The notes under the pieces are model-generated. The model saw nothing but the letters and a program-made list of their open reading frames with translations. It was not told where the DNA came from and did not search any database. This document shows, piece by piece, positions 39,249 to 52,917 of a stretch of DNA of 64,000 nucleotides. Position 1 is the stretch's first letter, and every line of letters begins with the position of its first letter. The DNA is from Octopus vulgaris (Eukaryota), in the NCBI GenBank assembly GCA_951406725.2, contig OX597817.1, forward strand, positions 152,148,001 through 152,212,000, in the 5' to 3' direction. Made by a program: the position numbers and the translations under genes.

Positions 39249-41463
39249 TTTAGAGAAGTTTGAGTCTTTTTTTTTTTAACCCTGTAATGCCCATTGTCAA
39301 TAGTTCTTGATACTTCAGATACTATGTTCTTATAGGAAGGACACAATTCTGCTGCAGCCATAATGTTATAGCTAATTGTCATAAATGGATCTGTTGTGTA
39401 CAGAAGCTACATTACACTTCTAATATTTGCTAGATATAAATTCAGAGATGTAAAGCTATTTTATGTTCATATGACATTAGTAAGTGGAAAGACAACACAG
39501 ATGACCCTCTTTTTCGGGCCTCTGAGCCTGGGATCTGGATCAAATGCTGAATGCTTACAATGGAAGTAGACCCTACTTATAGCAAACCACAGGCCAAGTG
39601 GGGTTATTAAACTAGACAGTCAGATTAAGTCTACCAACCCAAAATAGGAATGGTACCTTCAGTAAACTTCCATGCAGTTTCCACCAACCAAATTTCACCT
39701 ACATTACTTTAGTCTACTTGGAACTGTGGTAAAAGACACTGCCTAATATACTCTGCAAGTAAGATTGAACCTGGAGCCACAGAGCTGAATGCCTGCAACC
39801 AATATTACACCAACAGTGGTTTGGTATTTATACAGGAAGTGGTAAAATTATAGAAAATTTTATTACTAATTTTTTGTTTTAATGAGCCAAAAGCAAAGAT
39901 GTTGCACCTTTACCATTCCTAAGCATCACAGTCATCATCATCTTCATTTAATGCCTGTTTTCCATGCTAACATATGTTGGACAGTTTGACAGGAGCTGCT
40001 AAGCTGGAGGGTTGCGCCAGGTTCCAGTCGTCTGTTTTGGCATGGTCTCTACAGCTAGATGCCCTTCCTAATACCAACCGCTTTACAGCATGTAACTAAG
40101 TGCTTTTTACATAGTGCCAGCATGGGTGCTTTTTATGTGGTACCATCTTTTGAAATCAATGAGGAGCAACAAATTCAATATTCAACTTCAGTATTTGTAG
40201 GTTATTGTCAACAAAGACAGTATGAACAAAAAGGGAAAGGAATCCAGAGAAACGTGGTTCTTTGAAGGATTGCGAGAAATACTTGTGCTTGGTTTTGAAG
40301 CTCAAGATATAGAATTGGTGAATGGAGAAGTTATAAGTACATCAGGTGGTCTTGGGCAGAGATTGTATGCTACAGACAATGTAAAGAATCCGCTTCAGTT
40401 TTGTTAGGAGAATGACAAGTCTTTGGGTGATTGCAGTGATAGTGAGGGGTGGGGGAGAGATATTATGTGTCTGTGAGTAAACCTATTCTAATCAACTGAA
40501 TAGCTTTAGGGGAATTAAGGTCAATCCAGGATGTTTGTAAGGGTACATCAGCAGCACTAGAGGCTGAAATAATTGCATGTCTGGGCTTGAATATAGACAG
40601 CACTTCAGATTTGAAGAGGATCTCTTTTACTTGTTTCAGTCATTTGACTGCGGTCATGCTGGAGCACCACCTTTAGTCGAGCAAATTGACTCCAGGACTT
40701 ATTCTTTGGAAGCCTAGTACTTATTCTATCAGTCTTTTGCCGAACCGCTAAGTTACAGGGACATAAACACACCAGCATCGGTTGTCAAGCAATGTTGGGG
40801 GAACAAACACAGACACACAAACATATACACACACACATATATATGCATATATACGACAAGCTTCTTTCAGCTTTCATCTACCAAATCCACTCACAAGGCT
40901 TTGGTCTGACCGAGGCTATAGTAGAAGACACTTGCCCAAGGTGCCATGCAGTGGGACTGAACCTGGAACCATGTGGTTGGTAAGCAATCTACTTACCACA
41001 CAGCTACTATTATGCCTAGGATCTATAAACAATTGAAGTGATTTTCCAGTTTGGAAGAAGCCTAAACACTGGAATGATATTTTGGCAGAATTATGGATGT
41101 GTAATTGCTATAAAAGCTCATCAGGGATTATGAAACCAGTATTTTGGAGAGTTTCAGGCTTTTAACTATCTGTTGTTCATGCATAGAAAGGGTGCAGTAC
41201 AAGACTATTTACTTGATAAGTCCAGCAGTAATGTCTTCATGCCACAGAAAGTGATTATTTTCAGAGACCAAGCTGCTTTCACTGTGACTGTTGGAAGTCT
41301 TTTTTACAATAGTCCTGTATTAGTTAGGGCCCTTCATCAGAGATCTTGTTTTATTAAAGATATGTCTTTTTAGTATTTTTGCAATTATTTATTGAACAAA
41401 TGTATATATTTGTTTCTTTATGTTGTATACTGATGCTAGCCAACTTTCAATTCCTGTTTAAAG

Positions 41464-41639
41464 ACTCAGCTTAAAGACACATTCAATGAGCCAAGTATAA
41501 ATAGAAGTAACTGGTTCCTTGTGCAAGGAGCAGCTATCTACAATGCCTGTACAGAGCTCGTTGATGGAACAGCATTGGTGTTCTCAGGAAAAGGCATGCG
41601 ATTGGCTGAAACCTGGGATTTGGATCTCAGAGATGCTAT
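41464..41639 (+). CDS. RELN: Reelin exon 7, repeat 7B
   Basis: ttaaag|ACT...AT|gtagg; TQLKDTFNEPSINRSNWFLVQGA...ALVFSGKGMRLAETWDLDLRDA; an in-frame CAG acceptor 6 nt downstream is also possible. Confidence 0.9.
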
Positions 41640-42805
41640 GTAGGTCATTTTTTTCTTTTACTTATACTAACTTATTCTTGTATTCTTATATTCCTTAAAA
41701 GCACTTATGGTTTGATATATTTATTTGAAGCATTAAAAATAAGAATAACAGCAGAGATGTTTATATTCAGCTTTCAAATTGAATTTAGCAATACCTTTAG
41801 TATTTTTTAGTATTATAACTGAGTATTTTATTTTGTTAAAGTATAGCAACATAATACCTGCTGTCATGTAATATAATGAAAATTACATAATGAAAATTAC
41901 ATCACAAAAGAGAAAGTTGAAGAAAGATAACATTTTAAAGTATTTAAAAATACAATACTAGTTTATATAGAGGTATTATTAACATGATTAAATTTAGACA
42001 TCTGTGTGTAATACATGTTGAAAAGGAATTTAAAAATACTGGAAAATACTACAGACATCTTGTGTAACAATTTTATACTCACAGTTAAGTGCTAATTAGT
42101 CTTTTTTTAGAGAATAAATACTTCAGAGATGCTAATTACCAGATATAAGGGCATAATAACTCTGAAACATGTCTGAGGTTGTCTCTTTTCATCATCATCA
42201 TCATCATTTAGCGTCCATTGTCCATGCTAGCATGGGTTGGACAGTTTGCCTGGGCTATCATGCAGGAAGGCTGCACCAGACTCCAGTCTGATTTGGCATG
42301 GTTTCCCATAGCTGGATGCCCTTCCTAACGCCAACCACTCTGAGAGTGTAATGGGTGCTTTTACATGCCACCAGCATGGGTACCATTTGCATGACATCAG
42401 GGTGCGTTTACATGCCACTGGCACAGGTGCCAATTTCAAAGACACTGGAATATGCCATGACTGCAATTTTGCTCGGCTTGATGGGTCTTCTTCTCAAGCA
42501 CAACATAATGCCAAAGGTCTCAGTCATTGCCTCCATGAGGCCCAACACTCGAAAGGAACTCAGTACTTTGCCTCTGTGAGGCCCAACACTTTTATTTGCT
42601 ATAATAATTAAAATAATGTCAGTCAATGTTTAATATTTTTCCTGGCTGTATAATTATTTCTACTTAACATTGTAAGTATATTAGCACTAATGCAACTGTT
42701 AATTACTATTTATTTGGAATTTTCCAAATAAACGTATAAGTTTTGAAAATTATTATCTACAAAATACAAATGTATGATCTTTATTTAAAAAATTCATAAT
42801 ACCAG

Positions 42806-42912
42806 ATTCATAATGTATACTGCCATAATTGGAGGCACTCAGCAAAGTGGTGAATGTGTGGAACCCAGTTCTAGAGACCAAAGTGTCATACTACAATATT
42901 CTATCAATGGTG
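42806..42912 (+). CDS. RELN: Reelin exon 8, repeat 7B
   Basis: accag|A...G|gtaagt; FIMYTAIIGGTQQSGECVEPSSRDQSVILQYSING. Confidence 0.92.
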
Positions 42913-43307
42913 GTAAGTCTCTTTTGTTATTCCTTTTACTCCAGGTACCAAATTATTAAGGAACAAATTTACCAACTTTATAATTTTTTGCAGATATTGT
43001 AAAGTTCAGATAAAAATATTTCAATGTCATAAGCTTCCTCCAGACACTGTGAAATTAAGATCGCATAGCCTTTCTCTTTTTTTTCTCTTTCTCTTTTCTC
43101 TTTTACTTGTTTCAGTCATTTGATTGTGGTCATGCTGGAGCACCGCCTTCAATTGAGCAACTCGACTCAGGACTTATTCTTTTGTAAGCCCAGTACTTAT
43201 TCTATCGGTCTCTTTTGCCGAACCACTAAGTAACGGGGACATAAACACACCAGCATCGGTTGTCAAGCAATGCTAGGTGGACAAACACAGACACACAAAC
43301 ACACACA

Positions 43308-43345
<38 letters not shown>

Positions 43346-43689
43346 CATATATACGACAGGATTCTTTTCAGTTTCCATCTATCAAATCCGCTCACAAGGC
43401 TTTGGTCGGCCCGAGGCTATAGTAGAAGACACTTGCCCAAGGTGCCACGCAGTGGGACTGAACCCGGAACCATGTGGTTGGTAAGCAAGCTACTTACCAC
43501 ACAGCCACTCCTGTGTATTCAAACCTTGTAGCAACCATCATGTTGTTCATTTAACCATGCTACAGTATCACAGTATCAACCAGACCATTAAATGCTGTTA
43601 AACACCACTGGTCACAATACACTTCTAATTCTGTCTTAATTGCACCTTTCTTTTCCCTCTTGGCCCAAACTGCTAGACCAAATCATCTT

Positions 43690-44000
43690 CCCATCATTAT
43701 GGGGGCCCTTCCAAGCAGCCTTTCCTGATCTTTTGGATATCACTCAGCAACTACATGGGTCCACCTGTTGTCTGTGAGCCTTACAATTCAGTAGAACTTG
43801 TGCTTTCAGTATTCTGCAACCACATCATTCACTCCACTTTTTCCTTTAATTATCTCATTTCAAATATGGTCTCATAATGATATTCCTAGCATAGATCTTT
43901 TCCATAGCCCCTTGTGTCATTGCCAATTAATATTGCATCCTCTTCGTAATGGCCCACATCTCACTTGCATATAAGAGCACAGGTAGAATGGTGCTACTGA
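43690..44000 (-). mobile_element. Degenerate RTE-type RT C-terminal fragment
   Basis: Minus-strand IVRLTDNRWTHVVAE*YPKDQERLLGR resembles the HVAR..DNRWT...EW.P...R..GRP motif. Confidence 0.5.
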
Positions 44001-45866
44001 AGAGAAGACAGGCACATATGGTATCATCTAGCTTTATTTTGGGCACATCATTTATTAACTTAGATGCCTTCTATCCCTTATTCTTTTTGAGATTTCAGGA
44101 TCCATATCTCAGTACACATTAACCATGAAATATTACTAAATTTTTAAGTCTACTTAACAGAAAATATTTACCAATTTTACTTTGTAATTGAATTATTATC
44201 ATTTGGAAGGATATATAACTTCAAAGAAATCATATTCTCTTATATTTTTACATGCAAATAAAAATCAATTTCAAAATCTATATCCCTCCTTCTAATACAT
44301 AAAATGGCATGTAAAACAGTCAGAAATATATACTAATATCAATAGCTTGTAGTTTACTCTTTTACTTGTTTCAGTCATTTGACTGCAGCCATGCTGGAGC
44401 ACCACCTTTAGTCAAGCAAATCAACCTCAGGACTTATTCTTTGTAAGCCTAGTACTTATTCTATCAGTCTCTTTTGCTGAACTGCTAAGTTACGGTGACG
44501 TAAACACACCAGCATCGGTTGTCAAGCGATGTTGGGGGGACAAACACACACACACACACACAAACATACACACACAAACATACACACACACACACATATA
44601 TATATATACATATATACGATGGGCTTCTTTCAGTTTCCATCTACCAAATCCACTCACAAGGCTTTGGTCAGTCTGAGGCTATAGCAGAAGACACTTGCCC
44701 AAGGTACCACACAGTGGGACTGAACCCAGAACCATGTGGTTGATATACAAGCTACTTACCACACAGCCACTCCTACACCTATAAAATAGTTTTGACCATT
44801 GTTTTCATAATTGTCAATGGCATCAGACTTTTTGTCTGTATTTCTTGCCTCCCATTTGCTATTCCCAAAACCATTTCCTTATCTGCCACTCATGCAACAT
44901 GTTTCATATAGCTTATCTCCTATCTCTGAATGATTTTCAAAAGTTTTACAGTTTTTGTCATTTTGTACCCTCTGATATTGATAAAATAAAATACATCTAT
45001 CCTCATTTGTTATGGGATTTGGGTACAAAAATGTGATAAATGAATCAGTGATAAATGAGGCTATATTGGGATTGAAATATATATATGTCTATAATACATC
45101 TTAAATGTGAATGGTATTATAATGCTAAATCTTAGAGATTTCGTTTTTTCACTGTAACTGTAAGATCATTCCAAGTGAATGTTGCAATATGGTACTAGTT
45201 TCAGACCACCAAAGTGATTCCATAATTCTATATGCAAAGTTAATTAATAAAATCTTAAAATCACCATCTGTGTACCATACAAAATTCCTACACACCATTA
45301 GAAGACATGAAGCTGTAGAACTGTCTGAAATAAAATCTCTTTATAGGCTTGCTGTGTCAAAAGCACAAATTTATATCAGGAGGAGACAAACATCATTGCT
45401 GCAGTGAATCACAACCGAGACAAATGCATTTCTCCTTTGTTGAGACTTGTCAATGCAGTGCTTTGGTATTTTGTGGCAGCTTGCTGGGTTAGACAATTCC
45501 ACAGTTTCATGCCTTCTAATAGAGTGTATGCTTTTAGTATTATAGACAGATGATCAAGGTGGCGAACTGGCAGAGATGTTAGCACGCCAGGCTATTACGC
45601 CCATCGCTACGTTCTGAGTTCAAATTCTGCCGAGGTTGACTTTGCCTTTCATCCTTTCGGGGTCGATAAATTAAGTACCAGTTATGCACTGGGGCCGATG
45701 TAATCGACTTAATCCATTTGTCTGTCCTTGTTTGTCCCCTCAGTGTTTAGCCCCTTGTGGGTAATAAAGAAACAAATATTATAAACAGATGATGATTTAA
45801 CTTTAATGCTGTCTCAATTGAGTTTACTAAATAATATCTTATTTTTTTTACATTTTTTTCTTCCAG

Positions 45867-46261
45867 GTATCATTTGGCACACAATTTATACTCTTGACTA
45901 CAAATATTACCAACATCCAAAGACAGACTATCTAAAGTTGCCCTTCCCTGCTAGAACAGGCAGTACGCGTATTCGATGGTGGCAGCCCATGCCTCTTGAT
46001 GACTTAGAAGTATTTCCCAGCTGGGCTCTGGACAATGTTTATATTGGGGGATCAGAAATTAATCCTAGCTTACTTTGGTTAAATTTTACTCAAGGTATGC
46101 ATGAACTATGGTCTAACTGGGAGTTTTCTCCACGCGGTCAAGTCAGCAAAGATTTCTGTTACAAAACTGAACATTCTCTAACGTGGAACAATGACAAAAG
46201 ACAGAAAAGTTTGACTACAAATCAACTTATTGTTCAGGAAGATTCCATACTCCAATTTAAG
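45867..46261 (+). CDS. RELN: Reelin exon 9, end of 7B and start of 8A
   Basis: ttccag|GT...AAG|gtac; IIWHTIYTL...TRIRWWQP...WALDNVYIGGSEINP...ILQFK. Confidence 0.95.
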
Positions 46262-47018
46262 GTACAATATTTTATATCTTGTTTTATTTTATTTTATTGT
46301 ATTTTTTTATTTAGACAAAAGACTGTTCTTAAGACCTGATAAAATGGAAATGATATAGATTTTCTAAACTTGTTTTAATATTAAAACATTTAATCACTGT
46401 TTATATATGTGTGTAGTGATTATGTGTTTTCTTCCAGTAAATGCAAAAAAAAAAAGAGAGAAAATTGGAACTTTTCACAGAATTTCATTGATTCTGTCAA
46501 ATAAGTTGGGCTTTTTTGATATTTTCTAGACAACTCCACCATTTCAAGACTTCTACATAAACTTTTTGTTAGATGATAGAATACACTAATGTCTAAGGCT
46601 AGGAGAGAACTACAGTTATGATAAAAGGTTGTTGGTGCCACAGTAGTTTCGAGAAGATATTCTTTTATGTAACTTTAGATAAAACACTTAAATCATCTTT
46701 GTAGCTGAGTTCTACAACAGGGCATAATATTCTATTCACAGAAATCAAACATTATAAAGTTTGTGTGTTTATACCAGGCAAATATTCATATAAGAGGTTC
46801 CATCAATATTCCTTATTCAAAGGATATAGGTCTATTCATTTTCCATAGTGACTAAATTTGGCATTTCCATCTGAGCAGTCATCCTCACAGAGAGCTTTTT
46901 TGTTACTACATAGTAACTTTCTGTAAAGTATAAACAACATTGTGTTACATAAAAGATCAGAATACAGTGTTATTATTTGATATTCATAGAGCAAAGCAAA
47001 AGAAATATTCCTTTACCC

Positions 47019-47054
<36 letters not shown>

Positions 47055-47077
47055 CTTTGATGCTATTGTTTCTCCAG

Positions 47078-47319
47078 ATTGCTATTGGGTGTAATAATAA
47101 ATTCAACAGCTGCATTCCAAATAGCCCTGTACATCTTGAATTCAGGAAGAATCCAAGCGTTGGGAAATGGGAACACCTATTACCCATTTGCTTGCCAGAT
47201 AACAATGTCTTGATGAGCTGCCGGCCTCACATACACCACAAAGCAAGTATAATGCATGCTGATGAATATCCAACTTGGACAAGGTACACTTTGAAATTAC
47301 CAGACAAGGCACATTCAAG
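47078..47319 (+). CDS. RELN: Reelin exon 10, repeat 8A
   Basis: ctccag|ATT...AG|gtaaa; IAIGCNNKFNSC..PVHLEFRKNPSVGKW...ICLP...WTRYTLKLPDKAHS. Confidence 0.93.
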
Positions 47320-47512
47320 GTAAAATACAATTTTATTAAGACACATTAACCCTCTAACATTCAGATTATTCTGCCACATATAATGCTTATTTACTCACAT
47401 TGTTTTGAATTCATTATGCATTAGCTTGTAGCTTTGAGATTTTGATGATGAGACTTATTTCTAGAATGATATTATAGGGTAGGTGAGATAGACCAGATAT
47501 GATCAGTTATAA

Positions 47513-47849
47513 CAGTGCTTCTCAAACTATCTAATGTGGTGAAGTGGCAGTTTTTTTTTTCCAGTGTTGCCAGGGACCGGTAATATTTTTTAGTAATATC
47601 AATTTACACCAGAAACAATATATATATAATGAATATAATAAAAGTTGACAATTTTTTAATCTTGTATTTATTTAGTAAACAAATAGGCGTAGAAGTGGCT
47701 GTGTGGTAAGTAGCTTGCTTACGAACCGCATGGTTCCAGGTTCAGTCCCACTGCATGGCACCTTGGGCAAATGTCTTCTACTATAGCCCCAGGCCGACCA
47801 AAGCCTTGTGAGTGGACTTGGTAGATGGAAACTGAAAGAAGCCCATCGC

Positions 47850-47887
<38 letters not shown>

Positions 47888-48210
47888 TTGTGTGTCTGTT
47901 TGTCCCCCCAACATCACTTGACAACCAATGCTGCTGTGTTTACATCCCTGTAACTTAGCAGTTCGGCAAAAGAGACCGATAGAATAAGTACTAGGCTTAC
48001 AAAGAATAAGTCCTGGAGTCGATTTGCTCGACTAAAGGCAGTGCTCCAGCCTGGCCACAGTCAAATGACTGAAACAAGTAAAAGAGTAAAATAATACAAT
48101 ATTACATAAGCATTTCATGTTTCTTTCTTTTCTGGAAACTCGCCGTATACTGGCAGCTGATAGCTTGCGGACCGGCACTAGTCTGCAGACCACCACTTTG
48201 AGTAGCACTG
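47513..48210. mobile_element. hAT-type MITE carrying a SINE A
   Basis: TIR CAGTGCTWCTCAAA; 8-bp TSD agttataa/agtttgaa. Confidence 0.8.
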
Positions 48211-48609
48211 AGTTTGAACATAAAACAGGTAGAATATTTGGACCAGATATGGCTGGTTTCAATGTTAAAGTGTCAAAAAGATTTTACTGTATTTAATAAG
48301 AATTTTAACCATATCAAGATCCATATACATTTAAAGTTATTCATCTTAGCATTACCAATATTAGCTTATACGAGGCCTACTTGCTATTAACCCTATCATT
48401 ACTATATTTCTGTTAAAAATACGTTAGTTTTATGACAAGTAACACTCTGGTTATTGAAATATTGCCTAAGCATCAAGCTTTATCACTCATTTTCCAATTT
48501 GTCTTATTTCCCATTTTATGTGTAATTTAAACCAATAATCGATAATGGCATTTGCATTAAATTGAGAAGAGGACTGAGCTTTATAACGACATATCATAAT
48601 CTGTTTCAG

Positions 48610-48767
48610 CTCCACACAAATACGCTGGGTCCAGAAACATGTGGAAGGAGCAGTATCACCACCATGGGCCCTTGATGAGATTTACATTGGTGAGACATGT
48701 CCAGATATGTGCAATGGCCGTGGAGATTGTAGACAGGGTCGGTGCTTCTGTGAACCCGGAACAGTTG
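48610..48767 (+). CDS. RELN: Reelin exon 11, end of 8A and EGF8
   Basis: ttcag|C...G|gtcagt; STQIRWVQ...WALDEIYIGETCPDMCNGRGDCRQGRCFCEPGTV. Confidence 0.94.
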
Positions 48768-48800
48768 GTCAGTTCAATGTTGCTTTAATTTAGTGTACAA

Positions 48801-48922
48801 GCCATTTTGGCACAGCCATTTTGGCACAGCCATTTTGGCACAGCCATTTTGGCACAGCCATTTTGGCACAGCCATTTTGGCACAGCCATTTTGGCACAGC
48901 CATTTTGGCACAACCATTTTGG
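48801..48922. repeat. 14-bp minisatellite x~8.7
   Basis: (GCCATTTTGGCACA)8 plus a partial unit. Confidence 0.95.
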
Positions 48923-49624
48923 TGCTGCCTATTTGGCTTTGCTAATTCGATGCTGATTTATTTGTCATCAGACATTTTAGTGTTTCCTTCATTCTCTTTG
49001 TCACTCATTTTCTCTCTCTCTCTCCCTCCTTCCCTCTCTCTCCCTACATCTCTCTTTCCTTCTCTCTTTCTCTCTCTCACTTTATATATTTCACACACAT
49101 ATGTGTGTGAATGTTTGCTTCCAGTGCTAAAAAGTACTATCAAAACAGGTGCATCCAAACAGCCATACTTAATCATCTCGTTCTATTTAACTTACTATCT
49201 TTTCCTTAGCTTTTCTTTTTTTTTTAATTATTTCTTTCAGAGAAACACAGTAGCCTTTCAAACTTAGAACACAACCTGTTTTTGGTTTTTATCTGGCTTT
49301 CTCATAGAAAGACAGGCACAATATGACTTCCTATTCCTAAAAAAATCCTACTTTTTAGAAGCACAGAGCAATCGATTTTGTTCAAATGTAGCAAAACTGA
49401 ATAGTTAAGGTATCAAGTTTGATATATTTCTGTTCTCAGTTCAATATTTCATCATCATCAACCCCTGGACATTATTGTCCTGACCCTCGGGATTCACAGG
49501 GCAGGTTACCCATGTCCGGTGACATATTAGCAACTAAAATCATAACATTCCTTCTGAACAGGACACCAGACCATTGCAGAGTTATTCATTTACAGTTGAG
49601 TGATCAGAATCAATGTGAAATTAA

Positions 49625-50187
49625 CCCTTTGAGCCCTGACCTCCTGAACCTTATTTTACCATATACCTGGCTCTTTACCAGTGCTACAGTCATCATCATC
49701 ATCATCATCATCATCGTTTAACGTCTGCTTTCCATGCTAGCATGAGCTGGACGATTTGACTGAGGACTGCCGAACCAGATGGCTGCACCAGGCTCCAATC
49801 TGATCTGGCAGAGTCTCTACAGCTGGATGCCTTTCCTAACGCCAACCACTTCGAGAGTGTGGTGGGTGCTTTTACATGCCACCGGCATGAGGGCCCGTTA
49901 GGCAGTACTGGCAATGGCCACGCTCAAATGGTGCTTTTTATGTGCCACCTGCACACGAGCCAGTCCAGCATCACTGGCAATGACCTTGCTCGACACTGGT
50001 AATGATCACGCTCAAATGGTGCTTTTTACATACCACCGGCACGGAAGCCAGTTTGTTGCTCTGGCAACGATCACGCTCAGATGGTGCTGTTAGCGCGCCA
50101 CTAGCACAGATGCCAGTCATCAAATTTGATTTTGATTAGAGAAAAATAAGCCTTCCACCAGTAAACCAGTTTTACAGGCTCAAAGGC
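49625..50187. mobile_element. TTAA MITE, third family, with nested RTE 3' end
   Basis: TTAA|CCCTTTGAGCC...GGCTCAAAGGC|TTAA; interrupts an old SINE-like sequence. Confidence 0.7.
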
Positions 50188-51759
50188 TTAAATGTTTTAT
50201 TGAAGAACACAATGCACCGCTAAGTGCAGGAATTGAAACCCTACCATCTTGCAACCATGAGTACAACCCCCTTAAGCACTAAACTATGCATCAGAATAAT
50301 TTAATTGGCTACACTAGACCAATTTAATCAACTATACTCTCTTTTGGCCTTGACTTGGGAAGAAAGCATTGCTTCTACCAATATCATCATCACCATCATT
50401 GTTTAACATCCGCTTTCCATACTAGCATGGGTTGGATAGTTCGACCAGGGTCTGGGAAGCCAAGAGGCTGCACCAGGCTCCAGTTTGATCTGGCAGAGTT
50501 TCTACAGCTGGATGCCCTTCCTGACACCAACCACTCCATGAGTGTAACGGGTGCTTTTTACATGCCACCGGCACAGGTGCCAGGGGAGGCTGGCTCGGCC
50601 ATGATTGGTTGGTACTTTTTACGTGCCACTGGCACAGAAACCAGTCAAGGCAGCGCTGGCATCGGCTACATTCGGATGGTGCTTTTTACGTGCCACCAGC
50701 ACAGGTATCACAACAACCATTTCCATTTGATTTTTGATGTTGATGTACTTGACACAATAGGTCTCCTCAAGCACAGTGTGTGTAATTTACTATAGATGAT
50801 CAAAGCTGAATTTTCATATGATTTTTAAGTTGAATGTTCAAACATGTAACAACAAAATGTTACATGAACTACTTAGTTGCCATAATGGCTGGTAATACAT
50901 TTATATATGAATTGAATCATTTATGAATTCATATCTATGTAGAGATAGTTAGATCCTATTTTAAAACTATTTCTTCTAGAGACAGAGCTTGAAAGGAATA
51001 AGTTTTGCAATTCTGTGGAAATCCTTAGAAATTCCTTGAAAAATTCCTAGCAGAATCTTAACTGTGAAAATTCTTTAAGAAAGGAAATAAATCAATGATA
51101 ATTTTCCGTGTGATTCTGAAATTTTATATAATTTTACATAACTGAAACTTCTAGTTTTTTCCTACTATTTCTATTTCTTTTGGTTTAAAATAAAAAGTGA
51201 TTAAAAATTTATATTAATTCCAATAAATCAAATTTACTGATACACATACACACATACATACATGTATGTGTCTGTGTGTGTGTGACTGGTATTAGATGTA
51301 ATTTCAACTGATTGTTTGCAAATATTTGCAACTAAATGCAATTCCAGGAGTCAAATGAAATCTATGATTAGCATTTCAGATCCCGAACGAATAGATTTAT
51401 TACATGTAATATATTACTTATTTATTCTGGCACAGGCATATTACATACTGCATAATTTTTATTATAGCACTGATATATCGATTATTGAACATGAAAGTTT
51501 TTAGTTAGCATGAAAGATGTGACTAAAATCTAATTGGAGAAATAGCAATGTTCCATAACTCTTTTACTTGTTTTAGTCATTTGACTTTGGCCATGCTGGA
51601 GCACCACCTTTAGTCAAACAAATCGACCCTATGACTTATTCTTTGTAAGCCTAGTAATTATTCTATCGGTCTCTTTTGCCGAACTGCTAAGTTACTGGGA
51701 CCTAAACACACCAGCATCGGTTGTCAAGTGATGTTGGGAGGACAAACACAGACACACAA

Positions 51760-51800
<41 letters not shown>

Positions 51801-52697
51801 TATAGATATATACGACGGATTTCTTTCAGTTTCCGTCTACCAAATCCACTCACAAGGCTTTGGTCGGCCCGAGGCTATAGTAGAAGACACTTGCCCAAGG
51901 TACCATGCAATGGAACTGAACCTGGAACCATGTGGTTGGTAAGCAAGCTACTTACCACACAGCCACTCCTACATTTAAGTAGATAAAGAATAGATAATTA
52001 TTCTATGCATTGTACCAAATGAAATGATAGGTGCACAAGAAGTGCAAATTAACAGAGAAGGGCTTTCTAAGTTGCAGGGGTATAGGAATACTTAACAGTA
52101 GGAACACCGGTAAAATAAATTCTTTGAAATACTTGGGTTTTATAGCAGTCATCAATAAGATCTATTATCAAAGTAATCTAGTTTTCTGTGGAGGAGGTCA
52201 TGTTGGAAACCTGGCAGCCTGAGTAAAAATAAAGTGGAAAATAAACTGAATCATATTTAATGCATATCCACATCAATAGGCCAGTTACTGCATTGCACTG
52301 ATCAGAATCAATGAGAAATTAACCCTTTGAGCCCTGACCTCCTGAACCTTATTTTACCATATACTTGGCACTCTACTGGTTCAAGGATTAGTGATCCAAT
52401 TGATCAGATCAACAGAGAAGCCTGTTTATGAGATTATCATGCAAAATGGCTGAGCACTCCACAGATATGCTTACCCTTAACCCATATATATATATATATA
52501 TACCCCAGATAGTGTTTTCACAAAGCAAAACCTGCTCCTACTTGTTTGGACATGAACTCACTGGGAAGCATCTGACTGAGCATAGGAAATATTCAGTAGG
52601 TAGTCAACACCTGAGCTAACAGTTGCCTACTGTCCTTCTCTTGCCATAATATTTAACCTAAATACAGTAAAATGTTTTATGGGCAAACATGGGTTAA

Positions 52698-52917
52698 CCC
52701 TTTCATTACTCTATTTATTTTGAGATGCTCTCTGTTTCTTTCAATTACTTTAAATATAACAAAGAATTTAGTAAAATAACTTAGTTATCATTAGGCTAGT
52801 GTTAGGAACGTAAATTGTGACTAAGATTTGGTGGAAGATTTTAATGCAGAATTTTTGAAAATAAGACATTTTACCACAGAGACAGAGCCAGTTTTAGCCA
52901 GGTTAGTAACAAAAGGG
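52698..52917. mobile_element. piggyBac-like TTAA MITE, second family
   Basis: TTAA|CCCTTTCATTACT...AGTAACAAAAGGG|TTAA. Confidence 0.8.
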
